Assembly: GCA_022574115.1 (NCBI GenBank)
Contig: JACZSS010000005.1
Location: forward strand, 1 to 17,741
From: Candidatus Heimdallarchaeota archaeon
GTDB taxonomy: Archaea; Asgardarchaeota; Heimdallarchaeia; Heimdallarchaeales; Kariarchaeaceae
Direction of reading: 5' to 3'
Length of the DNA: 17,741 nucleotides
Within the stretch, counting starts at the first letter, position 1. The number at the start of each line of letters is the position of its first letter. The notes under the pieces are model-generated. The model was given only the letters and a program-made list of their open reading frames with translations, did not search any database and had not been told where the DNA came from. Both the position numbers and the translations under genes were made by a program. Shown here piece by piece: positions 1 through 7,509 of the stretch.

Positions 1-16
1 CCTCACTACTACTTAT

Positions 17-32
17 TTCTTGTTGAGTATTT
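17..32 (+). repeat. 16-nt exact direct repeat TTCTTGTTGAGTATTT (second copy at 4835-4850)
   Basis: Identical 16-mer in the same orientation at 17-32 (3' of the small membrane gene) and 4835-4850 (upstream of the MFS gene). Confidence 0.3.
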
Positions 33-100
33 AAGCTCAGAAACAAAGAGATATACAAACTTAAAGGGTGGGTATTTTGTTATTGTGATTCTCAGAAATT

Positions 101-382
101 TTATTTGTCGCTGATTTCTAATTCGCCAGCTGCTTCTTCATACGCAGAATCATAAGTCATCTTAATCGGTGCCTTAGACACCATCATTGTAAATCCGATC
201 CAAAAACCTAGCAATGATAGCAATACAGTGAAAGTCAGAACTGGAAGTGCCAGAGCCCAATATTGGTTGGAAGATAAAGTTACATTCTCCCCGATATCAA
301 CATCAATCGCTAAGTAAAAAATCTCAGCAACTAAAATTGCTGCAAAAAATATCATTGTTATAAACCCTCTTAATCTCGGCAT
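101..382 (-). CDS. small hypothetical membrane protein (93 aa, two predicted TM helices)
   Basis: ATG-to-TAA ORF on minus strand with two long hydrophobic stretches. Same strand and spacing as the upstream CNNM gene. No recognisable family. Confidence 0.4.
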   Translation of the reverse strand: MPRLRGFITMIFFAAILVAEIFYLAIDVDIGENVTLSSNQYWALALPVLTFTVLLSLLGFWIGFTMMVSKAPIKMTYDSAYEEAAGELEISDK

Positions 383-460
383 AAATCATAATTTGACAGT
401 GACGATTAAATCTTAATGCTCACCAATTGAATATTTCGACTGTTGAGAATCGATTTTTGT

Positions 461-1846
461 TTATGAATCTTCGTTCTTTTCGGTCCCAACTCCTTTACCA
501 TTTACTCTCGATACTTCAATAACTTCAATTCTGTTGCCAGTCAATTTTTCAATTTTATATTTCAAACCTGCATCGACAATCTCTTCACCTTCTTGCGGAA
601 TTTCAGAATCGAATAACTCAAATACATACCCTGCAAGCGTAACAGAGTCAGCTGCTTCAATTGTCCGATCAAATTTTTCAATAGATGTTTTATTAAAAGT
701 CTCAATTGTCACCAATCCGCCAACATTGATTGAATTACCATTCACTTCGATGTTATCATAAATTTTAGACTCATCAAATTCATCCTGAATATTTCCAACG
801 AGTTCTTCAATTATGTCCTCGATAGTAATTAATCCCTCGACTGAACCATATTCGTCAATAACAATGGCCAATTGTGTTTTGCTTTTTTGCATTTCAATGA
901 GTAATTCATGGATGTGTTTTGCTTCATGAACAATAGTAATTGACCTAAGTATTTTTTCTAGATTGAATGTGTTTTCAAGGTTGAGATTGTCAACAGAATT
1001 ATGAAAAGTAAGTAGATCCTTAATATGAACAAATCCGACCATATCATCCAAATTCTTACCGTAGATCGGAATTCGACTAAAACCAGTGTTCCGTGCTAAT
1101 TGAAGAATATCATCCTCGGAGGCTGTACTTGGCAGAGCCTTGATATCAATTCGGGGCGTGATTAGCTCTTTTACTACACGATCTGTAAAATCAAGCACAT
1201 TGAAAATTAGTTTAGACTCGTATTCATCAATTTCACCTTTATTCGCTGATTCTTCAATAATGATTTTGAGCTCATTTTCGGTGAATTCCTGAGAATGAGT
1301 TTCATTGGCTATTGATATACCAACTATTCGAAGGAAACCATTAGCGCTCCAAATAAAAAAGTTGAGTAATGGATTGGTTATCCTCATAAAGATGTAGAGA
1401 GGCGTAGCACACCATAAGGCTGTCTTTTCAGTAAATTGTAAGGAAACTACCTTGGGTATTAGTTCTCCAAAGGTCACATGCATATATGTAATGATCATGT
1501 ATCCTAACAAGAAAGCAGCAATAGAAACAGCTCCTTCTTCACTATTTGACACATCACCACCAAGGGACCCAATTATTGAGATTATTATTTCACTGAAGAA
1601 GGCCTCCCCAATAAATCCTAACATGATAGAAGATAGCGTTATTCCCAGTTGGGCGCTTGAGGTCGTTCGATTCAGGTCCCGAGTAATCATTTCCACTCGT
1701 TTCGCTCGTTTTGAGCCATTCTCGATTAATTCCTTTATTCTTGATCCTCGTACTCTAACCATAGAGAACTCAGATGCGACAAAAAATCCGTTTAGAATGA
1801 CTAAGCCGATGATAATCAGAAAAGTACCAAATGATATTTCAACCAA
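461..1846 (-). CDS. CNNM / CorC-HlyC family transporter (DUF21 transmembrane domain + CBS pair + CorC_HlyC C-terminal domain); putative Mg2+/Co2+ efflux, 'hemolysin-family' protein
   Basis: 461-aa ORF. N-terminal hydrophobic DUF21-like region (FLIIIGLVILNGFFVASEF...). Central CBS-like segments (RIPIYGKNLDDMVGFVHIKDLL; LAIVIDEYGSVEGLITIEDIIEELVG). C-terminal CorC/HlyC-like tail. Only a TTG start is available at 1846. Confidence 0.85.
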   Translation of the reverse strand: MVEISFGTFLIIIGLVILNGFFVASEFSMVRVRGSRIKELIENGSKRAKRVEMITRDLNRTTSSAQLGITLSSIMLGFIGEAFFSEIIISIIGSLGGDVSNSEEGAVSIAAFLLGYMIITYMHVTFGELIPKVVSLQFTEKTALWCATPLYIFMRITNPLLNFFIWSANGFLRIVGISIANETHSQEFTENELKIIIEESANKGEIDEYESKLIFNVLDFTDRVVKELITPRIDIKALPSTASEDDILQLARNTGFSRIPIYGKNLDDMVGFVHIKDLLTFHNSVDNLNLENTFNLEKILRSITIVHEAKHIHELLIEMQKSKTQLAIVIDEYGSVEGLITIEDIIEELVGNIQDEFDESKIYDNIEVNGNSINVGGLVTIETFNKTSIEKFDRTIEAADSVTLAGYVFELFDSEIPQEGEEIVDAGLKYKIEKLTGNRIEVIEVSRVNGKGVGTEKNEDS

Positions 1847-2054
1847 GGTGGATCTTAGTTATCCTAGCAGGATTGTTTATTGGGTAATGCCTGCTTAACG
1901 ACGATCATCTCAGCTTATAAAAAAACACTTTTGATATGGTTACAAGTTTTGAATTATTGTTTGCGAAATTCTAATAACCCAGCCATGTTCGCGGAATAAA
2001 GTTTAATCTCGCCTTATGACATGTGATTATTCTACAGATATACTTGACTTTATT

Positions 2055-3386
2055 TTATCTTGATAACTTAGCTGTTTTTTTCTTGATTTGCTCTGCTGTT
2101 TCCTCGACACTCGTTCCGTGGTTCATGCTAAGGAAATTGCCAGCCTCTTTCATGGCGATCAAACTCGGAACTAGGGAAGTTATAGAATCCCCAAAACCAC
2201 TTGCACCAACAGGTAAGAACAGTTTGGTATTATTTTGTAACCCACGAGCAATGTTTTCAGAAATTGTTTTTTGGGCATCACTGTAGATCTCAGCAATTTT
2301 TACAGTAATTCCTTCCTCGTTGAATGATTTGAGAGCTTTAGCCAACTTTTCGGTACCTTCAGCCTCTGCTGATAATTTTGCCCTTATTGTTTCCGCCTCT
2401 GCTTCAGCACGCAATTTGATCGCTTTAGCCTCAGCTTGTGCCTGTATTAGCCTAGCATCTGCTTGACCTTGGGCGATTAATCTATTTCGTTCTGCTTCTC
2501 CGTTAGCTGAAATTTCAACTCTTACTTTTTCAATTTCTGCCTTTCGTCTAGTTTCAGCATCGAGAATCTGCATTTCCTTGAGTGTCAATTCAGTTTGTTG
2601 ATCGGCAATGAATTGTTCTTGCTTTAACCTTGCCTCCTCTGAAACCCTAAATGATTCTTGTCGTTGAATTTCCGCTTCGCTTTTCTTTTTCGATTCCACG
2701 ATTTCGGCTTGACTCATTTGTGTAGCTTCAGCTTCTCGTGCCATTCGTGTGATTTCTGCGCTTCTAACTCGCTCTAAATCAGCAATTACCGTTGATCCCT
2801 CAATATCCACAATGTTTTTAATATCGAAAAGTGTGACTCGCACTCCCAATCTAGAAAGGGAGTTTGTGGTAGAAGTATAAATTGATTCCTCGATGGTATC
2901 CCTTTCTCTCATGATGGTCTTCAAATCATGCTGCATGGCTTGGGATCTTGCTGCCGACTGAATAGTATCGTCTACAATGGGTCTGATGTGTTCAGGTGTT
3001 GCAATTCCCAAAGTTTCAGCCGCTTTACGAGCATCGCTAATTTGCACTTTGACTGAGATATCAACCCCAAAAGGAAGATAATCTTTATCGTGGAGATTAA
3101 TTCGAGGCACTGAAATTTCAATTACAGTTTTACTAAGAATATTTCTTGTTTGCCAGATAGGAAAGAAGATGTATCGACCCGATCCATCGAAAACCTCGAA
3201 TTTTCTACCAGAAATTACATGTGCCTCATGAGGAGGCACAACTGTGAAGTTTTTATAAAAATAAAGGGCGCCTAGGAAAATTGCCGCCCCAACTACAATA
3301 TATAGGATATTAAGATGTTCGCTCATTAAATATTGATCCTTCTTTTGTTTTAGTTGCATAGCCAATTGATAAAACGGACTATTCAA
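2055..3386 (-). CDS. flotillin-like SPFH/band-7 domain protein with C-terminal EA-rich coiled coil
   Basis: 443-aa ORF with an N-terminal TM helix (ILYIVVGAAIFLGALYFY), an SPFH-like core and a long coiled coil with flotillin-type Ala/Glu repeats (AQAEAKAIKLRAEAEAETIRAKLSAEAEG). Track start at 3386 is TTG; in-frame ATGs at 3359 and 3326 are alternative starts. An AT-rich TATA-like stretch lies upstream at 3431-3448. Confidence 0.85.
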   Translation of the reverse strand: MNSPFYQLAMQLKQKKDQYLMSEHLNILYIVVGAAIFLGALYFYKNFTVVPPHEAHVISGRKFEVFDGSGRYIFFPIWQTRNILSKTVIEISVPRINLHDKDYLPFGVDISVKVQISDARKAAETLGIATPEHIRPIVDDTIQSAARSQAMQHDLKTIMRERDTIEESIYTSTTNSLSRLGVRVTLFDIKNIVDIEGSTVIADLERVRSAEITRMAREAEATQMSQAEIVESKKKSEAEIQRQESFRVSEEARLKQEQFIADQQTELTLKEMQILDAETRRKAEIEKVRVEISANGEAERNRLIAQGQADARLIQAQAEAKAIKLRAEAEAETIRAKLSAEAEGTEKLAKALKSFNEEGITVKIAEIYSDAQKTISENIARGLQNNTKLFLPVGASGFGDSITSLVPSLIAMKEAGNFLSMNHGTSVEETAEQIKKKTAKLSR

Positions 3387-3467
3387 CCAATTTTAGTTAG
3401 ATACTTTCCATACTTTAATTTTATCTACTAATAATATATATAATATGTATCATCGACCGCCTCAAAA

Positions 3468-4181
3468 CTAATTTGCACTTAATTCGAGTTCAACAGTGAT
3501 ACCATAATGATCAGAGATGAAATGACCAGTATTTTCACTGACTTGTTTATCACCAATGAGACCAAAGGCTTTGACTCCAAATCCTCGAACAAAGACTCGG
3601 TCATACCTGGCAGTATACTCAAATCCTTTGTTGGCATATTTGTTGACTCGACTGTTCCAGGTAAATTTATCTTCTTTTGATCCCACCAGTTGAAACGCAT
3701 CCTCTACACTTAACACTTCAAGGACGGATTTAGTTTCATCTTCTCTCATATTCATATCTCCTGCAATAATCAGAGTTGCATCAGCGGGTAGATCACTTAC
3801 AATGTTTTGTAGCTGAGAAAGGCGAAGGGATGCGTTTTGTTTGTACGGGACTAGATGACATGAAATTAAGAAAAATGATCCTTCGTTTGTTATCACTTCA
3901 ACTTTAGAAGTATATTCCTTCCCATAAAAATTAGTCAACTGTACTCCTTTTCTTACAAAAGAAGATAACCAACCCGAATGGGATGTAACTGGTGGGGTAA
4001 AATCATAATCTACAAACCTCTTAGCAAAATTTGCTTTGGGCATTTCTTGAAGTAAAATAATGTCTGGATCTTCATCCTCCATTATTCTGTGAATTTCGAA
4101 TACATTTAAACTGGTATCCCAATCATCCGGGGCAGAGAAAGAAGGATTTGTGAGACTAATATTCCAAGTCAGAAGCTTCAC
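3468..4181 (-). CDS. endonuclease/exonuclease/phosphatase (EEP) family protein
   Basis: 237-aa ORF with EEP hallmarks: N-terminal LLTWNI, DIILLQE, IIAGDMN, C-terminal SDHYGITVEL. GTG start (MKLLTWNI). Lies 80 nt upstream of the flotillin gene on the same strand. Confidence 0.8.
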   Translation of the reverse strand: MKLLTWNISLTNPSFSAPDDWDTSLNVFEIHRIMEDEDPDIILLQEMPKANFAKRFVDYDFTPPVTSHSGWLSSFVRKGVQLTNFYGKEYTSKVEVITNEGSFFLISCHLVPYKQNASLRLSQLQNIVSDLPADATLIIAGDMNMREDETKSVLEVLSVEDAFQLVGSKEDKFTWNSRVNKYANKGFEYTARYDRVFVRGFGVKAFGLIGDKQVSENTGHFISDHYGITVELELSAN

Positions 4182-4931
4182 TAAAATTTTGCCAAAATTA
4201 AATTATTAAAGTAATCAGGATGACCTATCGAATTTTACATGATCGAGTCGCTAATCAATTTAGATCAATCCCTAAAATCTCTGCTTTGGTTTTACATTTT
4301 AAGAAACAAGGAGGAGAAAGCACCCCCAGTAACTATCTGCTGGAAATAAGGCAAATTTTTCCAAATGCCAATTTCTGCCTCATCAGATTCTATAATGATT
4401 AACAGGACAGTTGAGGAATTAAAACGGATGAGCCAACACGGACATAGTGTAAAAAATTGGACATAATTTGGATTTTCGGAATCTAATAGAGACCACTATT
4501 TAGATGGACAATGAAACCAAACCGGGGATAAAATCATGCACGAGGTACATTTAATCAACTGGCAATTTGAAATGCAAAATATTCTCTAATTTTTTCACCT
4601 ATCGAATCGAATTCCTGAAATAAGATCCTCAAATGCTTTCCTGATATAATTAACAAGATGTGAATTCATCAATGTTTTTACCGACGTTATCATAAGTGAA
4701 GCAATATGTTACCCTAATGAAATATGAACCATGCGATCCCCAAGTGCATTTTCCTCCAGATCTTTATTACTCTTGATTGCTTCTTGCAACGATATATTTA
4801 ATGCCCTCATAAGCCCAGATCGATCGATGATCGATTCTTGTTGAGTATTTGGACGGATTGTGTTACTAAAATTGGTTATTCTATAGCTCTGATCGTATCT
4901 GATTTAAGCTAGTTAGAATTTCTCAGATCCA

Positions 4932-6233
4932 TTGCATCCAATTTTTCGAAGAGATGTCCTTTCCCTAATCATCGTTCAAATCTTTGGGTTATTAACTCTG
5001 GTACTGTTTGGAACCTATTTCGGGATATTACTGACCGACCTCACTGAATCGATTAAGTTTAGCGCTTTAATTCTAGGTCTTGTATTCGCATCCAGAAACA
5101 TCGTGCAGATTTTCATTCGTGTGCCTTTGTCGGAATTATCACAGACGATAGGTCGTAAACCGCTGATAATTGCAGGTACTTTTTGCTATACACTATCATT
5201 AGGGATTCTTTATCTCGCCACTCATTGGGTCCATGTTTTCATCGCCACTATAATAGTGGGGTTTGGAATGAGCATGCATTGGCCCGCTGTGTTTTCATAT
5301 ATAGGTGATATTGCTGGCGAGGAATATGGCAGGATTAATGGTATTATCTTTCAAGGACAAGATGTTGGAATACTGGGAGGTGCACTGCTGGCTTCATATC
5401 TGTTAAATAACAATATCGTTGAACTTGGGGGATTATTCGCAGTATCCTTTTCTATTGGTTTGTTTGGGGTAGTTCTGTCGATTTTGATTTTACCCGAAAT
5501 CCTAGACGACGAAAACAGAATCCGCGTAGATTCCAAGCTACGGGCAGGTTGGCAAAGTTTTGTCAATACATTTTCGTCATTAAAAACTCTGAGCAGAAGA
5601 TCTACTCTAGGGTTGATTTTTCTCCTGGAGTTGTTAATTACCTTTACAGAATTTTTCTTTGCAAGCTTCTTTCCGCTCTTAATGGTTTTTTCGTTTGAAT
5701 TTGCAGATGGGGATGTTGCAAAGTTGATTCTCTATTCGACTCTGTCAACAATTTTGTTTAAACAATACTTTGGAAAAATATTTGATAAATTTGGATTCAA
5801 ATCACCCATTCTTATCGGTTTAGCACTCTGTGGTGTCATATTCTATGCTATGACTTACACAACCAATTTTTGGATGTTGATGATATTGTATACAATTGCC
5901 TTATCCGCAATTTTCATCTGCTATATAGCCTCAACCGGCGCAACTAGCAATACAGTTGTTCCTGGAGAAAGAGGTTTAGCTATGGGAGTATTAGGAGTTT
6001 ACATCTCTAGCGGACGGGCTCTCAGCTCAGTTGCGTTAGCACCAGTATTGGCGGTTTTTGACAGAACAACCGGGTCTCGTGCAGATGCGTTGATCGAATT
6101 ATTTCGGTTCGTGTCCTATCTCATTTTAACCGGTGTTCTGTTAACTGCATTGTATATACGCAGACAATCTAACAATAAAGCTTTCAAAGAACATAATTTA
6201 AGTGATTACGCAATTTTACCTCAACATGATTAA
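4932..6233 (+). CDS. major facilitator superfamily (MFS) transporter
   Basis: 433-aa ORF with about 12 hydrophobic helices and an MFS loop2-3-like motif (ELSQTIGRKPLIIAG). The only in-frame start after the upstream stop is TTG at 4932. About 530 nt of non-coding sequence precedes it. Confidence 0.8.
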   Translation: MHPIFRRDVLSLIIVQIFGLLTLVLFGTYFGILLTDLTESIKFSALILGLVFASRNIVQIFIRVPLSELSQTIGRKPLIIAGTFCYTLSLGILYLATHWVHVFIATIIVGFGMSMHWPAVFSYIGDIAGEEYGRINGIIFQGQDVGILGGALLASYLLNNNIVELGGLFAVSFSIGLFGVVLSILILPEILDDENRIRVDSKLRAGWQSFVNTFSSLKTLSRRSTLGLIFLLELLITFTEFFFASFFPLLMVFSFEFADGDVAKLILYSTLSTILFKQYFGKIFDKFGFKSPILIGLALCGVIFYAMTYTTNFWMLMILYTIALSAIFICYIASTGATSNTVVPGERGLAMGVLGVYISSGRALSSVALAPVLAVFDRTTGSRADALIELFRFVSYLILTGVLLTALYIRRQSNNKAFKEHNLSDYAILPQHD

Positions 6234-6496
6234 CTTGCAATTTTGTCTCTAAAATCTTGGTCATTAGTGATTCATCATTGACGATCCGATGGTAAAACGT
6301 AAATCGTTGATCATCTAAAGCACAAAATTTATAGCAGATTTAGTTGTGTGGGCTTAAGATAAATCTCGAGGAATTTTCGAGGATTCCTATGTTTCAAAAA
6401 CTGTGGGAAAATAAGGTGAAGCAAATTCATTTCTAATCTATCGATCAATAAAATAAAAATCTTTTAAACCAACGGTTTAGTCGTTTGTTGGAATAG

Positions 6497-6901
6497 CATA
6501 ATATCAAGTGTCCGCAATGCGAAAACGACAATCCTGATCAAGCAAAATTCTGCTTTAACTGTGGATTTAATTTTTCGGGAAAAGAACTGACTCAAGTACA
6601 AAATGAAGATAAATACGCAAAGTATATTCCACAACAATTATTAGCTAAGCTTGAAGAATCTGCTAAACTTGGAGGAGTTCAACGAGAACGAAGAATTATT
6701 ATTATGCCATTTTGTGATTTAGAAGGTTCCACTGCAGCTTCTGCAAAACTGGATCCGGAAGAGTAGTCTGACATTGCTAATGGTGCTTTTGACCATTTAA
6801 TCCCCCCTGTCTATGAACATGAAGGTATTTTAGCTCGGCTAATGGGCAAGACGACTTGTAAACTCAGATTAATTCGTTTCTTAATAAAATTGTATTATTA
6901 A
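6497..6901 (+). pseudogene. remnant of class III adenylate/guanylate cyclase with N-terminal zinc ribbon (no start codon, in-frame TAG at 6764-6766, C-terminal two-thirds of the cyclase domain missing)
   Basis: Reading frame translates to ...KCPQCENDNPDQAKFCFNCGFNF (CxxC-x11-CxxC zinc ribbon), a linker, then ERRIIIMPFCDLEGSTAASAKLDPEE*SDIANGAFDHLIPPVYEHEGILARLMGK. This matches the start of the class III cyclase catalytic domain (ERRxvTvLFaDlvGfTalsE.ldPEE ... hgGtvdKfiGD). An in-frame stop precedes the first codon, with no ATG/GTG/TTG available. It terminates prematurely at 6899-6901. Confidence 0.5.
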
Positions 6902-6978
6902 CGGCTATACATAGACACAAATTCTTGTCGCTCCATATGTAGGGTCTAGCAAACGACACCCACGTGTATAAACTATTT

Positions 6979-7013
6979 TAAAAAAAAATCCCCCTCCAAG
7001 TGAGCTGGGGGGG
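6979..7013 (-). terminator. intrinsic-terminator-like GC-rich hairpin followed (on minus strand) by U9
   Basis: Plus strand reads TTTTAAAAAAAAA-TCCCCCTCCA-agtgagc-TGGGGGGG. Read on the minus strand this is a CCCCC/GGGGG + CCA/TGG stem with a 7-nt loop, followed by T9. It sits about 100 nt downstream of minus-strand ORF 7104..7364 and contrasts with the AT-rich surroundings. Confidence 0.45.
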
Positions 7014-7103
7014 AAATGTGGTTAGAAAGTTCTATACTAAGATTAGTATAAAGTTTCAGAGAGAGGTTGCAGGATAGTTTTAGTGTTCAATAGCCTAATA
7101 ATA

Positions 7104-7364
7104 TCACCTTAAACCTGATTGCAGAAACTTAGCAGTCTCAATTCGCATTGCTTGATGACTATTAACTTCTGTTCCCAATTGCTTGTTATTATACGTTCTA
7201 AGGGATGTAAAACCAATTTCGTCAGTGAAAAGATAATCAAGGTTAATATGATTATCAGACGATTCATCAAAATTATTAGAAAATAACTTTCTAATGAAAT
7301 GATCAATCTTGATCACGAATTTGTTGCTGGTGGTTTTTCCAAAATATTTGTGTTCGTAGGCCAT
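7104..7364 (-). CDS. hypothetical protein (86 aa), orphan
   Basis: ATG-initiated ORF divergent from the 7510 gene, followed by the hairpin + T9 terminator. GGAG at -14. No recognisable domain. Confidence 0.35.
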   Translation of the reverse strand: MAYEHKYFGKTTSNKFVIKIDHFIRKLFSNNFDESSDNHINLDYLFTDEIGFTSLRTYNNKQLGTEVNSHQAMRIETAKFLQSGLR

Positions 7365-7484
7365 TTTATCTTTGCTCCGTTTTAATTTTGATAGTTCTCG
7401 ATATTGCGAGAATACAATTCACAAAATATTGAGAATTGATAGTCAGTTACTGTTGACTCCACGTAACAAGTACTACTTGAGTAG

Positions 7485-7491
7485 TATAAAA
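7485..7491 (+). promoter_or_regulatory. TATA-like box (TATAAAA) 19 nt upstream of ATG 7510: candidate archaeal-type promoter giving a leaderless or near-leaderless transcript
   Basis: TATAAAA at 7485-7491. ATG at 7510 is in frame with track ORF 7372..8424. No SD. A TTGACT at 7452-7457 also lies upstream, should the organism be bacterial. Confidence 0.3.
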
Positions 7492-7509
7492 GATGTGGGA
7501 TGTATCCTA

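Noticed and set aside
534-761. 75-aa plus-strand ORF
   Set aside because: Lies entirely antisense within the well-supported CNNM gene and has low-complexity S/P-rich composition typical of reverse-frame artefacts.
1452-1898. 148-aa plus-strand ORF
   Set aside because: Antisense to the DUF21 region of the CNNM transporter, with no domain signature.
2023-2286. 87-aa plus-strand ORF overlapping flotillin 3' end
   Set aside because: Antisense to the flotillin C-terminus, with hydrophobic junk composition.
3479-3700. 73-aa minus-strand ORF
   Set aside because: Alternative frame inside the EEP gene; the EEP frame has the family motifs.
4220-4402. 60-aa plus-strand ORF containing an AAGGAGG heptamer
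   Set aside because: No start context, no similarity, and it lies in the long non-coding leader. The AAGGAGG is internal and not followed by a start at SD distance.
4560-4880. Minus-strand 33-codon ORF (MRALNISLQEAIKSNKDLEENALGDRMVHISLG) in the MFS leader
   Set aside because: Too short, with no start context or similarity. It is mentioned only as a possible remnant.
5351-5566. 71-aa minus-strand ORF
   Set aside because: Antisense within the MFS transporter.
7109-7306. 65-aa minus-strand ORF in alternative frame of 7104..7364
   Set aside because: Overlaps the ATG-initiated 86-aa ORF in another frame and is purely hydrophobic/low complexity.
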